Positions 10,274-18,519 of a stretch of DNA of 64,000 nt are shown here, one piece after another. The translations under genes were made by a program, and so were the position numbers. Numbering within the stretch: position 1 is the first letter of the stretch; each line of letters starts with the position of its first letter. The DNA comes from Candidatus Versatilivorator sp. (GTDB lineage: Bacteria; Acidobacteriota; Terriglobia; Versatilivoradales; Versatilivoraceae), in assembly GCA_965207735.1 (NCBI GenBank), contig OZ242296.1:4352001-4416000 (forward strand). The letters run 5' to 3'. Under the pieces are notes generated by a model. That model was not told where the DNA came from, did not search any database, and worked only from the letters and a program-made list of their open reading frames with translations.

Positions 10274-11641
10274 ATGCCGACACAGTGTAACACCAAACCC
10301 CTGGAGTTTGAACCCCACGGCCGCCGCCGCGTGGTGGCTGATTTCGACGGCGGTCCCATCACTTCCGATGCCGGCTCCCTGCTGTTGCGCCGGGTGGATC
10401 GGGGCTTATCTCTCTCCGACCAGGTGGCCGACTGTTTCACCGATCACCGCGACCCCAAGCGGACCCAATACAGCCTGCGCACCCTCATCGCTCAGCGCAT
10501 CCGTGGCATCGCCCTCGGCTACGAGGATCTCATCGACCACGACCAACTCCGTCACGATCCCCTCATGGCCTTGTTTTCAGAGAAAGGCCGTCGTGGCGAC
10601 TCGCCTCCCCTGGCAGGCAAGAGCACCCTCAACCGACTCGAACACGCCCCCACCCAAGGCCCCACCCGCTACCACAAGATTGACCACGACCCCGAGGCCT
10701 TGCAAGCCCTCCTGGTGAAACTGTTTCTGCAAGCCCATCCCCAACCCCCCGATGAGATCATCCTCGACCTCGACGCCACTGACGATCCCCTCCACGGGGA
10801 ACAAGAGGACCGCTTCTTCCACGGCTACTACCGAGGCTACTGCTACCTGCCCCTCTACATCTTCTCGGGCCGCCATCTGCTCTCGGCCCTGCTCAGACCC
10901 GCCAACATCGATGCCTCCGCCGGCGCTCTGGAGCAGGTCCAGCGCATCGTCTCCCGCCTACGGCGTGTCTGGCCTCAGGTCAAGATCCTGCTGCGGGCCG
11001 ACTCCGGCTTTGCCCGTGAGGAGCTGATGGGGTGGTGTGAGCAGCATCAGGTCGACTATCTCTTCGGCCTGGCCCGCAACTCCCGCCTCCAAGACGCCAT
11101 CGCCCCCGAGTTGGCTCAGGCCCAGGCCCTCTCAGACCAGCAACAGCAGCCCGCCCGGATCTTCACCGACCTCTCCTACCGCACTCACAAGAGCTGGTCC
11201 CACGAGCGCCGCCTGGTCGCCAAAGCCGAGGTCCTGCCCCGCGGCCCCAACCCCCGCTTCGTCGTCACCTCTCTGTCGGTCCAGGACTACCCCGCCCAGT
11301 TCCTCTATGAGAAGATCTACTGTGCCCGCGGTGAGATGGAAAACCGCATCAAGGAGCAGCAACTCGACCTGTTTGCCGATCGCACCTCCACCCACTCCTT
11401 CCGGGCGAATCAGCTCCGGCTCCTGATGACCTCTTTCGCCTATGTGCTGGTGGAGGGCTTGCGCCGGCGGGCGCTGCAATCCACCTGCCTGGCCCGGGCC
11501 ACCGTCGGTTCCATCAGACTCAAACTGCTCAAGATCGGCGCTCAGGTCACCATCTCGGTCCGTCGCATCAAGGTCGCCATGGCTTCCGGATGTCCTTACC
11601 AGAGGGAGTTCCGCATCGCTTGGGCTCACCTGCCGCCCTGA
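10274..11641 (+). CDS. IS1380 family transposase
   Basis: FDGG.ITSDAG, GYEDL.DHD.LR.DP, LDLDATDDPLHG.QE, YCYLPLYIF, LRADSGF.RE, YC.RGEMENRIKE.Q, F.ANQLRL; AAGGAG RBS. Confidence 0.95.
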   Translation: MPTQCNTKPLEFEPHGRRRVVADFDGGPITSDAGSLLLRRVDRGLSLSDQVADCFTDHRDPKRTQYSLRTLIAQRIRGIALGYEDLIDHDQLRHDPLMALFSEKGRRGDSPPLAGKSTLNRLEHAPTQGPTRYHKIDHDPEALQALLVKLFLQAHPQPPDEIILDLDATDDPLHGEQEDRFFHGYYRGYCYLPLYIFSGRHLLSALLRPANIDASAGALEQVQRIVSRLRRVWPQVKILLRADSGFAREELMGWCEQHQVDYLFGLARNSRLQDAIAPELAQAQALSDQQQQPARIFTDLSYRTHKSWSHERRLVAKAEVLPRGPNPRFVVTSLSVQDYPAQFLYEKIYCARGEMENRIKEQQLDLFADRTSTHSFRANQLRLLMTSFAYVLVEGLRRRALQSTCLARATVGSIRLKLLKIGAQVTISVRRIKVAMASGCPYQREFRIAWAHLPP

Positions 11642-11863
11642 GGTGCCCTGACCCGACCGTCACTCCTGGCCCTTGAAGACGCGGCCACCAGGCCCGATGG
11701 CAGAGGTGTCGCTGTTTTCGAGGGAAAATGCCGCCTGAGGTTCCTCGGAGAGCCTCAGAAGCCTCCGCTGTTGGCCTTTGCCTACCGATCCAGCCACCAA
11801 CGTTGTTAAACTCGGCCTCAAATGCCTCCATGGCCCCTTTTACCGCTCCTGTGCGAACTCTGG

Positions 11864-12732
11864 GTAGAGTCGAGGACTGGCGCGTTGACTATAGGGTCCG
11901 GTGGCTATTCCGTCGCTTTCGCTTCGGGCCTCAGTCCGGCTCCCTTATCACGTTTCCAGTCCCCGCTCTCCGAACCGGACGTGCGGTTTTCCCGCATCTC
12001 GGCTCTCCAGTGGGATCATGCGTCTCGCACACAGGTCCCCGCTCGCATCCGTGGACGACTCCTATGGGATTGGCACCCGTCCCCCACTCCATCCACTTCC
12101 GCTCCCGGGTTGCCGCCAGGCCTGTTGATGCCCTGACGACGCCGTCCTCCTCCGACGACCCTTTCACTTTTGCATGTGATGCTTCCGGAGTCTCCGGCCC
12201 TTTTTTGGTCGGGGTTTCAGGCTTTCGCCACTCCCGGGACCCTTCCCCCTTCGGTCACCGCTCCTCACCTGAGGCCCCTTCCCTCCACCGGTATTACCCG
12301 GCTTCTCCGGTACTACAGGCCTCTCCGCCACCCTGTCGGCCTAGACTGACTCTCGCGAGCTTCCGGTTCGGTGCGTGCCTCACCACCCACAGGGCTTCCC
12401 ATGTTGCTGCCTTCTTCCCCTTCCATGCGTGCCAGCGCCACTACCCCGGCGGGTCCAAAGGGGTGCCCGCGTCGCTCGCTTCCCCCTCCGTCTTCGGCCT
12501 TCCCCATTTCTCAGGTGGGTCGGCCCCCGCATTGCCCGTTTCGAGGCCTGCTCGACGTTCACTCGCGTTCCGGCCCGCATGCTCGCTGAACCGCCTTAAG
12601 CGGCCCTTTGACACCAGAGGGCTTCAGACCATATCGTTACCTCCATGATCCGCCCTGGCTGCTACCAACCGGAGCGACAGTTGTTGGACGGGTTTCGCAC
12701 CCGTTGGAAGAAGGCGCCTTTCCATGGCGCAC
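11864..12732 (-). ncRNA. ORF-less group II intron (IIB-like), 869 nt
   Basis: Minus strand starts GTGCGCC (12732). Domain V is GAGCCGAGATGCGGGAAAACCGCACGTCCGGTTC (12005-11972) with the AGC triad and AC bulge. Domain VI ends CTCGACTCTAC (11864). D3-like GTAGTACCGGAGAAGCCGGGTAATACCGGTGGAGGGAAGGGG is present. EBS1 UGAGAAA sits in a CCCA/TGGG-closed loop. No RT ORF. Confidence 0.92.
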
Positions 12733-13132
12733 TGAGAAATGCGGGCTAAGGCGCTGAGGTTAACCGCGACGGGATACCAAGTTCGCGAAAGAATTGTCGA
12801 TTTCCGATTGTTTCACCCTCGGATGATCTGCCCGAAAGGGCAGGGGCTCGGCTTGTCTGAAACAACCGAGAAAAGAGTGATCCACGAAGACACACGAAGG
12901 ACCACTAAGGGCCAATAAGGCATTGAGGTGAACCGCGACGGGATTCCACGCTCGCGAAGGGATGATCGATTTCTGATTGCTTTACTCTCGAATGAACCGC
13001 ACTGCAGGTCGGGGCCGGACCAAACATGCACGCCGGTCTTGGCCGGAATCCCTGCCCTGCAATCCCATCGCCTTTCGACACCGATTAAGATACACTGGAG
13101 CCAACGATAGACTTTGAACCGGAGGGGGACTC

Positions 13133-13897
13133 ATGTGGGGCGTCAATCCTGTCACCGTCTTCTTCATTCTGGTGGTTGCCCTATGGTTGATCAATTCGAT
13201 CAATGTCTTGAGGGAATATGAGCGAGGCGTGATCTTCAGACTGGGGCGCCTGCTGGCTCAACCCAAGGGCCCCGGCCTTATCTTCGTCTTCTGGCCCATC
13301 GATCGCATTGTCCGCGTGTCCCTGCGAACCGTCGCTCTGGACGTTCCCACCCAGGACATCATCACCAGCGATAACGTCTCGGCGAAGGTCAATGCGGTGG
13401 TCTATTTTCGCGTGCTCGACGCCACCAAGGCGGTGGTCGAGGTTGAGAACTACCTATACGCCACCTCCCAGCTTTCGCAAACCACCCTGCGATCCGTTCT
13501 GGGCGAGGTCATGCTGGACGACCTGCTCAGCCGACGGGAGACGCTCAACATGAAACTCCAGGCTATCCTGGACAAGCAGACCGACCCCTGGGGGATCAAG
13601 GTCTCCCTGGTCGAAGTCAAGGCGGTGGACCTGCCTCAGGAGATGCAGCGGGCCATGGCCAAGCAGGCCGAGGCGGAGCGTGAAAAACGCGCCAAGATCA
13701 TTCACGCCGATGGCGAGTTCCAAGCGGCCGGCAAGCTGGCCGAAGCCGCCCACGTGATAGCCCGGCAACCGGTGGCTCTTCAACTCCGCTACCTCCAGAC
13801 CTTGACCGAAATCGGTGTCGAGAAGAACAACACCCTGGTGTTTCCCCTGCCCCTCAATCTCATCGATGCCATCATGAGCCTGAAGAAGAAGTCCTGA
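13133..13897 (+). CDS. SPFH/band 7 (stomatin/slipin family) membrane protein
   Basis: N-terminal TM; [65 protein letters not shown]. Confidence 0.93.
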   Translation: MWGVNPVTVFFILVVALWLINSINVLREYERGVIFRLGRLLAQPKGPGLIFVFWPIDRIVRVSLRTVALDVPTQDIITSDNVSAKVNAVVYFRVLDATKAVVEVENYLYATSQLSQTTLRSVLGEVMLDDLLSRRETLNMKLQAILDKQTDPWGIKVSLVEVKAVDLPQEMQRAMAKQAEAEREKRAKIIHADGEFQAAGKLAEAAHVIARQPVALQLRYLQTLTEIGVEKNNTLVFPLPLNLIDAIMSLKKKS

Positions 13898-14038
13898 CTC
13901 CTGTCGGTTGCGGAGCAGCCCATTGGGGGTGAAACAGGGGACTCGGGCAAGTGCCTCTCCAGGTTTGACACCGGATCAGCCGCATTTCTATACTGGATTT
14001 GTGGCCGCTACCCCAACTCCAACCCAGGTCTGACATAG

Positions 14039-14200
14039 CCCGCATTTCTCACCCGGCCGCTGGATTCACAATGAAAGGCCATTTATTTTCAGCAACTTGT
14101 TGGTCCGATGGTGATGCCTTGCGGTTACATACGGTGCTGGGCGCGCCCTGGCTTGCCCTTTTCCTGCACCATGATCACGCCTCCTGGTGAGAAATGCGGA
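14039..14200. mobile_element. 162-bp MITE with IS1380-type TIRs
   Basis: CCCGCATTTCTCACC (14039-14053) and GGTGAGAAATGCGGA (14186-14200) match the TIRs of the IS1380 at 10179. No coding capacity; flanks ATAG/CTGG are not a clean duplication. Confidence 0.75.
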
Positions 14201-14203
14201 CTG

Positions 14204-15829
14204 GTGACCGGTCCCGGCAAAACCGGCAGGTGCGGGGCTGCCAGGCAGCATTGGCGCCGCGCCGCCGTTGCCATCACCCTCATCCTCGCGTCATCCACGC
14301 TTCCCGCCGACTCATCCCCCGCGGATGCTCAATCCGAAACGCACTTGGCCAACGCTTCCCGGCTCATTCGGGACGGAGACCTGCGGAATGCCGAAACCGA
14401 GTTGCGACAGGCGGTAGAGCTGGTTCCCGACAATCCCGCTTATCTTGCCAGGCTGGGCCAAGTTCTGGGAATGCAGAACAGGATGGAGGAAGCTGCCCGC
14501 TACTACCGCCGGGCCTTGAAACTGGCGCCCGACAGTCTGGCCATTCGCCGCAATCTGGCGTTGACCCAGTGGTCTCGGCGCCGGTTTGCAGAAGCCAAGG
14601 CCAATCTGGAGCAGGTGCTTGCCAAGATTCCCGACGACGAGCTCACTCGGTTCCTGCTGGGAATGATTCTGGTGAATTCGGGAGAATATGCCCGGGCAGT
14701 TAGGCTGCTGGAGTCGGTGCCGGAACGGGTGCGCGGCGAAGGGGAAGCGGTGGCCGCTTTGGCCAGGGCGCAATACGGCCTGGGCAACAGGGAACAGGCC
14801 CGGGGCACATTGGAGTCGCTGGCGCTCAACCGGTCATTGCCCCCCGGCGGTGTCCATGCCTGCGCCGAGGCGGCTGCCAATGCCGAAGATTACGCCACCG
14901 CCGAGAAACTCTTCCTGTCCATCCGTTCCACTTTTCCCGACGCCGCGGCTCTGAGCTACCGGATTGCCCTCATGCAGTTCCGATCCAACAGGATCGACCG
15001 CAGCCGCCAAACTCTGCTGGAGGCGATCGGGAAGGGCCAACGCTCCGGACCGATCCACAATTTGCTGGGTCACTGTTTCGCGGCTCAGAACCAGTTGCAA
15101 AGCGCCGTTGGCTCCTTCGAACAGGCCATGGAACTGGAGCCGGCCGAGGAATCCCACTATCTGGATGCCGTACAGCTTCTTGCCGAGCACCAGATTTGGC
15201 GGGTCCTGATCCGAATCGCCGAAAAGGGAGTGGCTCGCATCCCTCAATCGGACCGTCTCTATCGGATGAAGGGCCTGGCCGAAACGGCCATGCTCTACAG
15301 CCAGGATTCCGTCCGATCCTATCGGCGGGCCCTTGAAATCAATCCGGATTCGGCCAAAGCCAACCTGGGGCTGGCCATAGCCCAGCGATCCTCAGGAAGG
15401 CGAGAGGCTGCCGCCACCACTCTCGAGAAGGGTATCCGGAAGTTCCCCGACCACGGAGCCCACTATCAGGAATATGGCCTGATGCTCCTCAGAGCCGGAG
15501 AGACCGGGGACGACGACGCCCTGAAACGAGCCGTTGCCCTGCTGCAGAAAGCCGTCGAGCTGGATGACTCGCTTCCCGAAGCGCACTACCAACTCGGCCG
15601 GCTGGCCCTGGAAAGCGGCCGGGCCGGTGAGGCGCTCCCCTACCTGGAAACCGTCGCCGGACTGACCCCCGATCAGAGCAAGGTCCACTTTCTGCTGGCG
15701 CGGGCCTACCGCCGCCTGGGGCGCGGCGAGGAGGCGCAATCTCATTTGAAGATCTTTCGCCGGATGAAGGCGGCCGAGGAGTCCAGGAGAGAGTCCGACG
15801 CGGGAAGCGAGCTACCTCAAAACGGTTGA
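14204..15829 (+). CDS. Tetratricopeptide repeat protein, probably exported
   Basis: Signal-like RRAAVAITLILA followed by many 34-aa TPR-like repeats (..LG..L.......A...Y..AL.L.P). Start uncertain because the ORF extends into the MITE. Confidence 0.85.
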   Translation: MTGPGKTGRCGAARQHWRRAAVAITLILASSTLPADSSPADAQSETHLANASRLIRDGDLRNAETELRQAVELVPDNPAYLARLGQVLGMQNRMEEAARYYRRALKLAPDSLAIRRNLALTQWSRRRFAEAKANLEQVLAKIPDDELTRFLLGMILVNSGEYARAVRLLESVPERVRGEGEAVAALARAQYGLGNREQARGTLESLALNRSLPPGGVHACAEAAANAEDYATAEKLFLSIRSTFPDAAALSYRIALMQFRSNRIDRSRQTLLEAIGKGQRSGPIHNLLGHCFAAQNQLQSAVGSFEQAMELEPAEESHYLDAVQLLAEHQIWRVLIRIAEKGVARIPQSDRLYRMKGLAETAMLYSQDSVRSYRRALEINPDSAKANLGLAIAQRSSGRREAAATTLEKGIRKFPDHGAHYQEYGLMLLRAGETGDDDALKRAVALLQKAVELDDSLPEAHYQLGRLALESGRAGEALPYLETVAGLTPDQSKVHFLLARAYRRLGRGEEAQSHLKIFRRMKAAEESRRESDAGSELPQNG

Positions 15830-15898
15830 GCCCACCCGGATCTTGGAAGTCCAATAGCCTGCCAGCCACAAGAGGGTCTGGACCAGGAGCATGAACCG

Positions 15899-16915
15899 AT
15901 GAGACAGACCGCCACCTTGATCACCGGAGCCAGCGGTGAAATGGGACATGGGCTCATTGGCCGGCTGGCGGATGAAGGCGTCGAGGACCTGGTCGCCTTG
16001 GATATCCGACCCATCGACAACCGGATCGGAAGTCAATGCAAGGCCTGCGTCAACGGAGACATTCTGGACGAGAGACTGCTGGAGAGGATGCAAAGCGAGT
16101 ACGAGATCCACACCGTCTATCACCTGGCGGCTCTGCTGTCCACGCGGGCCGAGTTTACCCCCGATGCCGCCCACCGGGTGAATGCGGGCGGCACGCTGAG
16201 ACTGCTCCAGATGGCCGTCGAGCAGTCTCAGTGGCACGGCCGCCCGGTGAAGTTCATGTTCCCCAGCTCCATCGCCGCCTACGGACTCCCCGGCCGGGCT
16301 GTCAAGCAACGCACCGGCAAGGTCCGGGAAACCGAGTGGAACTTCCCCACCACCATGTATGGCTGCAACAAGCTCTACTGCGAACATCTGGGGCGCTATT
16401 ACGCCAACCACTACCGGCAGTTGGCAGCCGATTCATCGGGTCGCGGCATCGACTTCCGCTGCATCCGCTTCCCCGGGCTCATCAGCGCCGTCACCCTGCC
16501 CAGCGGCGGCACCACCGACTACGCTCCGGAGATGATCCATGCCGCCGCCAGCGGGAAGAGGTACGGCTGCTTCGTGGTCCCCGACACCCGTCTCCCCTTC
16601 ATCGTCATGCCGGACGCCATCAACGCCCTGCTGCAACTCCAGAAGGCCCCTCGGGACAAGCTCCGTCAGACCGAGTACAACATCAGCAGCTTCAGCATGA
16701 CGGCCGCCGAAATACAGCAACGCATCCTCGAGGAGTGGCCTCATGCCGATATCGACTTCGATCCCGACCCAAAGCGCCAGGGCATCGTGGATTCCTGGCC
16801 GGCTGAAGTGGACGATTCGGCAGCCCGCACCGATTGGGGCTGGTCGCCCCGCTACGACAAGGAGGCCGCCTTCAGCCAGTACCTGATTCCTCGAATCAGG
16901 AGCCGGTATCCCTAG
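15899..16915 (+). CDS. NAD-dependent epimerase/dehydratase, L-threonine 3-dehydrogenase-like extended SDR
   Basis: LITGASGEMG, HLAALLS, PSSIAAYG, P.TMYG.NK, DFRC.RFPG.IS, GGTTDYA, RQ.IVDSWP, A..DWGW motifs. Confidence 0.85.
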   Translation: MRQTATLITGASGEMGHGLIGRLADEGVEDLVALDIRPIDNRIGSQCKACVNGDILDERLLERMQSEYEIHTVYHLAALLSTRAEFTPDAAHRVNAGGTLRLLQMAVEQSQWHGRPVKFMFPSSIAAYGLPGRAVKQRTGKVRETEWNFPTTMYGCNKLYCEHLGRYYANHYRQLAADSSGRGIDFRCIRFPGLISAVTLPSGGTTDYAPEMIHAAASGKRYGCFVVPDTRLPFIVMPDAINALLQLQKAPRDKLRQTEYNISSFSMTAAEIQQRILEEWPHADIDFDPDPKRQGIVDSWPAEVDDSAARTDWGWSPRYDKEAAFSQYLIPRIRSRYP

Positions 16916-17136
16916 TCTGGGACAGCTCTGTTGCGCCCCGAATGAGCAGCCGCGTCGCATGGGGCGGGGCGTGGCTAAGTGAATAGTGAAGAGTGGTGAG
17001 TGGTGGGCGGAGGGTTCCGGGAGCAGGCAAGCGCCGTAAGGCCTGGTTGCACTCTTTATGCGGCTTTTGCCGCCGCGCCAAGATCGACAAGACTCTTGAC
17101 GCATTGATTCAATCACTCTCCACTCTCCACTTACTA

Positions 17137-18168
17137 CTAGAAAGCTTCGAGCTTCCCCTGGGCCAAGGCGGGCAGGCTTCCGAGCTGTTCCCGGGTTCCG
17201 AGAACAATCATCCTCAGACCGGCTGTCAATGGGGTTTCGGCGGAGGGGCTGGCGTTGATCGCGCCGTCGGCCAGCTTGCAGGCCAGAACCGTGACGCCGA
17301 ATCGGGCACGCCAACGGCACTGCTCCAGGGTCTGGCCCACCAGCGGCGAGTCGGGCGCGAGTTGGAACTGTTCCATGAAGAGCTCGATTCCACCACCGTG
17401 GGCCACCTCATCCAGGAAGTTCGCGACCTCGGGCCGGATCAGCATGGTGACCATCCTGCGGCCGCTGAAACGATAGGGCAGGATGACCCGATTGGCGCCG
17501 GCTTTCACCAGCTTGCTTTCAGACTGCTCGTCGATGGCTCGAGCCACGATCAGGAGGTCCGACCTCACGCTGCGTGCGCTGAGCACGATGAAGACGTTCT
17601 GGGCATCGGAATCGGCGGCCACCAGCAGGCCGCGGGCCCGCCCGATTCCGGCTTGAGCCAGAAGAGCTTCGTTGGCTCCATCCCCCTGGAGCGCCGGGAA
17701 ACCGGATTGGCTGACCTGAGTGATCTTTTCGGGCGAGGGATCGATCACCACGAAGGGCAGGCCCTGGGCGTCCAACTCCTGAGCCACGTGGCGGCCCACC
17801 CGGCCGTAGCCGCAGACGATGACGTGATTGGAGAGTTTGTCCAACATGCGTAGCAAGCGTCGTTTTTGGAGGTAGGCCCGTCCTTCGCCGGAGAGCAGGA
17901 AATCGGCCATGCCGCTCAGCAGGTACATGGCCAGCCATCCGGCTCCCAGAATGAGCACGATGGTGAAGAGCTTGCCACCCGGCGTCAGGGGCTTGACTTC
18001 GCCGAAGCCGACCGTGCTCAAGGTGATCACGGCCATGTAGAGGGCATCCAGCAGCGCCATGCCCTCCAGCAGCCAGAACCCCGACGCACCCAGCAGCAGC
18101 AGGCCGACCAGGGCAACCGCCGTTTTCCAGAAGCGCCGATGAGGGTGGGAAACAACCCGCCTTTGCAC
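17137..18168 (-). CDS. Potassium channel with TrkA-N/TrkA-C (RCK) domains
   Basis: Two TM helices, pore signature TLSTVGFG, RCK motif HVIVCGYGRVG, C-terminal TrkA-C. Confidence 0.92.
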   Translation of the reverse strand: MQRRVVSHPHRRFWKTAVALVGLLLLGASGFWLLEGMALLDALYMAVITLSTVGFGEVKPLTPGGKLFTIVLILGAGWLAMYLLSGMADFLLSGEGRAYLQKRRLLRMLDKLSNHVIVCGYGRVGRHVAQELDAQGLPFVVIDPSPEKITQVSQSGFPALQGDGANEALLAQAGIGRARGLLVAADSDAQNVFIVLSARSVRSDLLIVARAIDEQSESKLVKAGANRVILPYRFSGRRMVTMLIRPEVANFLDEVAHGGGIELFMEQFQLAPDSPLVGQTLEQCRWRARFGVTVLACKLADGAINASPSAETPLTAGLRMIVLGTREQLGSLPALAQGKLEAF

Positions 18169-18337
18169 CAGGGACTCCTTGATCGACCCGGCAGCTCTCA
18201 GGATCAGCCAACTCGACCGAACGATAGCATAATTCAGGCCGATTCAACCAAGAGACCCTCGGCTGCCACCAACGTGGAGGGGTTTCGGGACACCGGCATA
18301 ACCCGCGCGGGCGTGTAGAATAGCAAGTGGAATATTT

Positions 18338-18420
18338 GTGATTGTTGATTTCTGATTGTCGATTGCGGAGCAAGGCCAACCGATGTTGCTTCAAATCAAA
18401 AATCCAAAATTCCAAAATTC
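18338..18420. repeat. Heptamer-repeat palindromic intergenic element (copy 1)
   Basis: ATTGTTGATTTCTGATTGTCGATTG...CAACCGATGTTGC...AAATCAAAAATCCAAAATTCCAAAATTC; a related element lies in reverse orientation at 63178-63284. Confidence 0.65.
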
Positions 18421-18519
18421 ACGATACTTGACTCATCTATCGACGTCGATTCGACTCAATAGCGCTGGAGAAACCGTCCCAACCCGCTCCTCCCCCGAAG
18501 CCGCCACGCGTGACAGGCC

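Larger units (their letters stand above)
10179..12745 (+). mobile_element. IS1380-family element carrying a group II intron within its right TIR
   Basis: IRL CCCGCATTTCTCACCAGAG (10179-10197); outer IRR TGAGAAATGCGGG (12733-12745); 4-bp target duplication CTAA (10175-10178 and 12746-12749). The inner part of IRR (CTCTGG, 11858-11863) is separated from the outer part by the intron. Confidence 0.92.
8427..12995. repeat. Tandem array of three ~170-180-bp units, the middle unit split by two IS insertions
   Basis: Units start GCTTG(T/C)CTGAAACAACCGA at 8427, 8608 and 12851. Each contains ATCCACGAAG..CAC.AAG..., TGAGGT.AACCGCGACGGGAT..CA...TCGCGAA and GATTTC.GATTG. Unit 2 pieces are 8608-8638, 10126-10178 and 12746-12850. 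Confidence 0.85.

Noticed and set aside
11851-11864. GTGCGAACTCTGGG as a degenerate right TIR with downstream DNA captured ISEcp1-style, or as a plus-strand intron start
   Set aside because: Excising the minus-strand intron restores a 19-bp TIR identical to IRL, and the CTAA duplication lies at 12746. No plus-strand domain V follows.
11728-12648. 306-aa plus-strand ORF and other short ORFs after the IS1380 transposase
   Set aside because: They lie antisense to or within the group II intron RNA, are Pro/Ser/Arg-rich, and have no RT (YADD) or other motifs.
8427-12995. Possible CRISPR array
   Set aside because: Units are ~180 bp and similar along their whole length, with no unique spacers and no cas genes.
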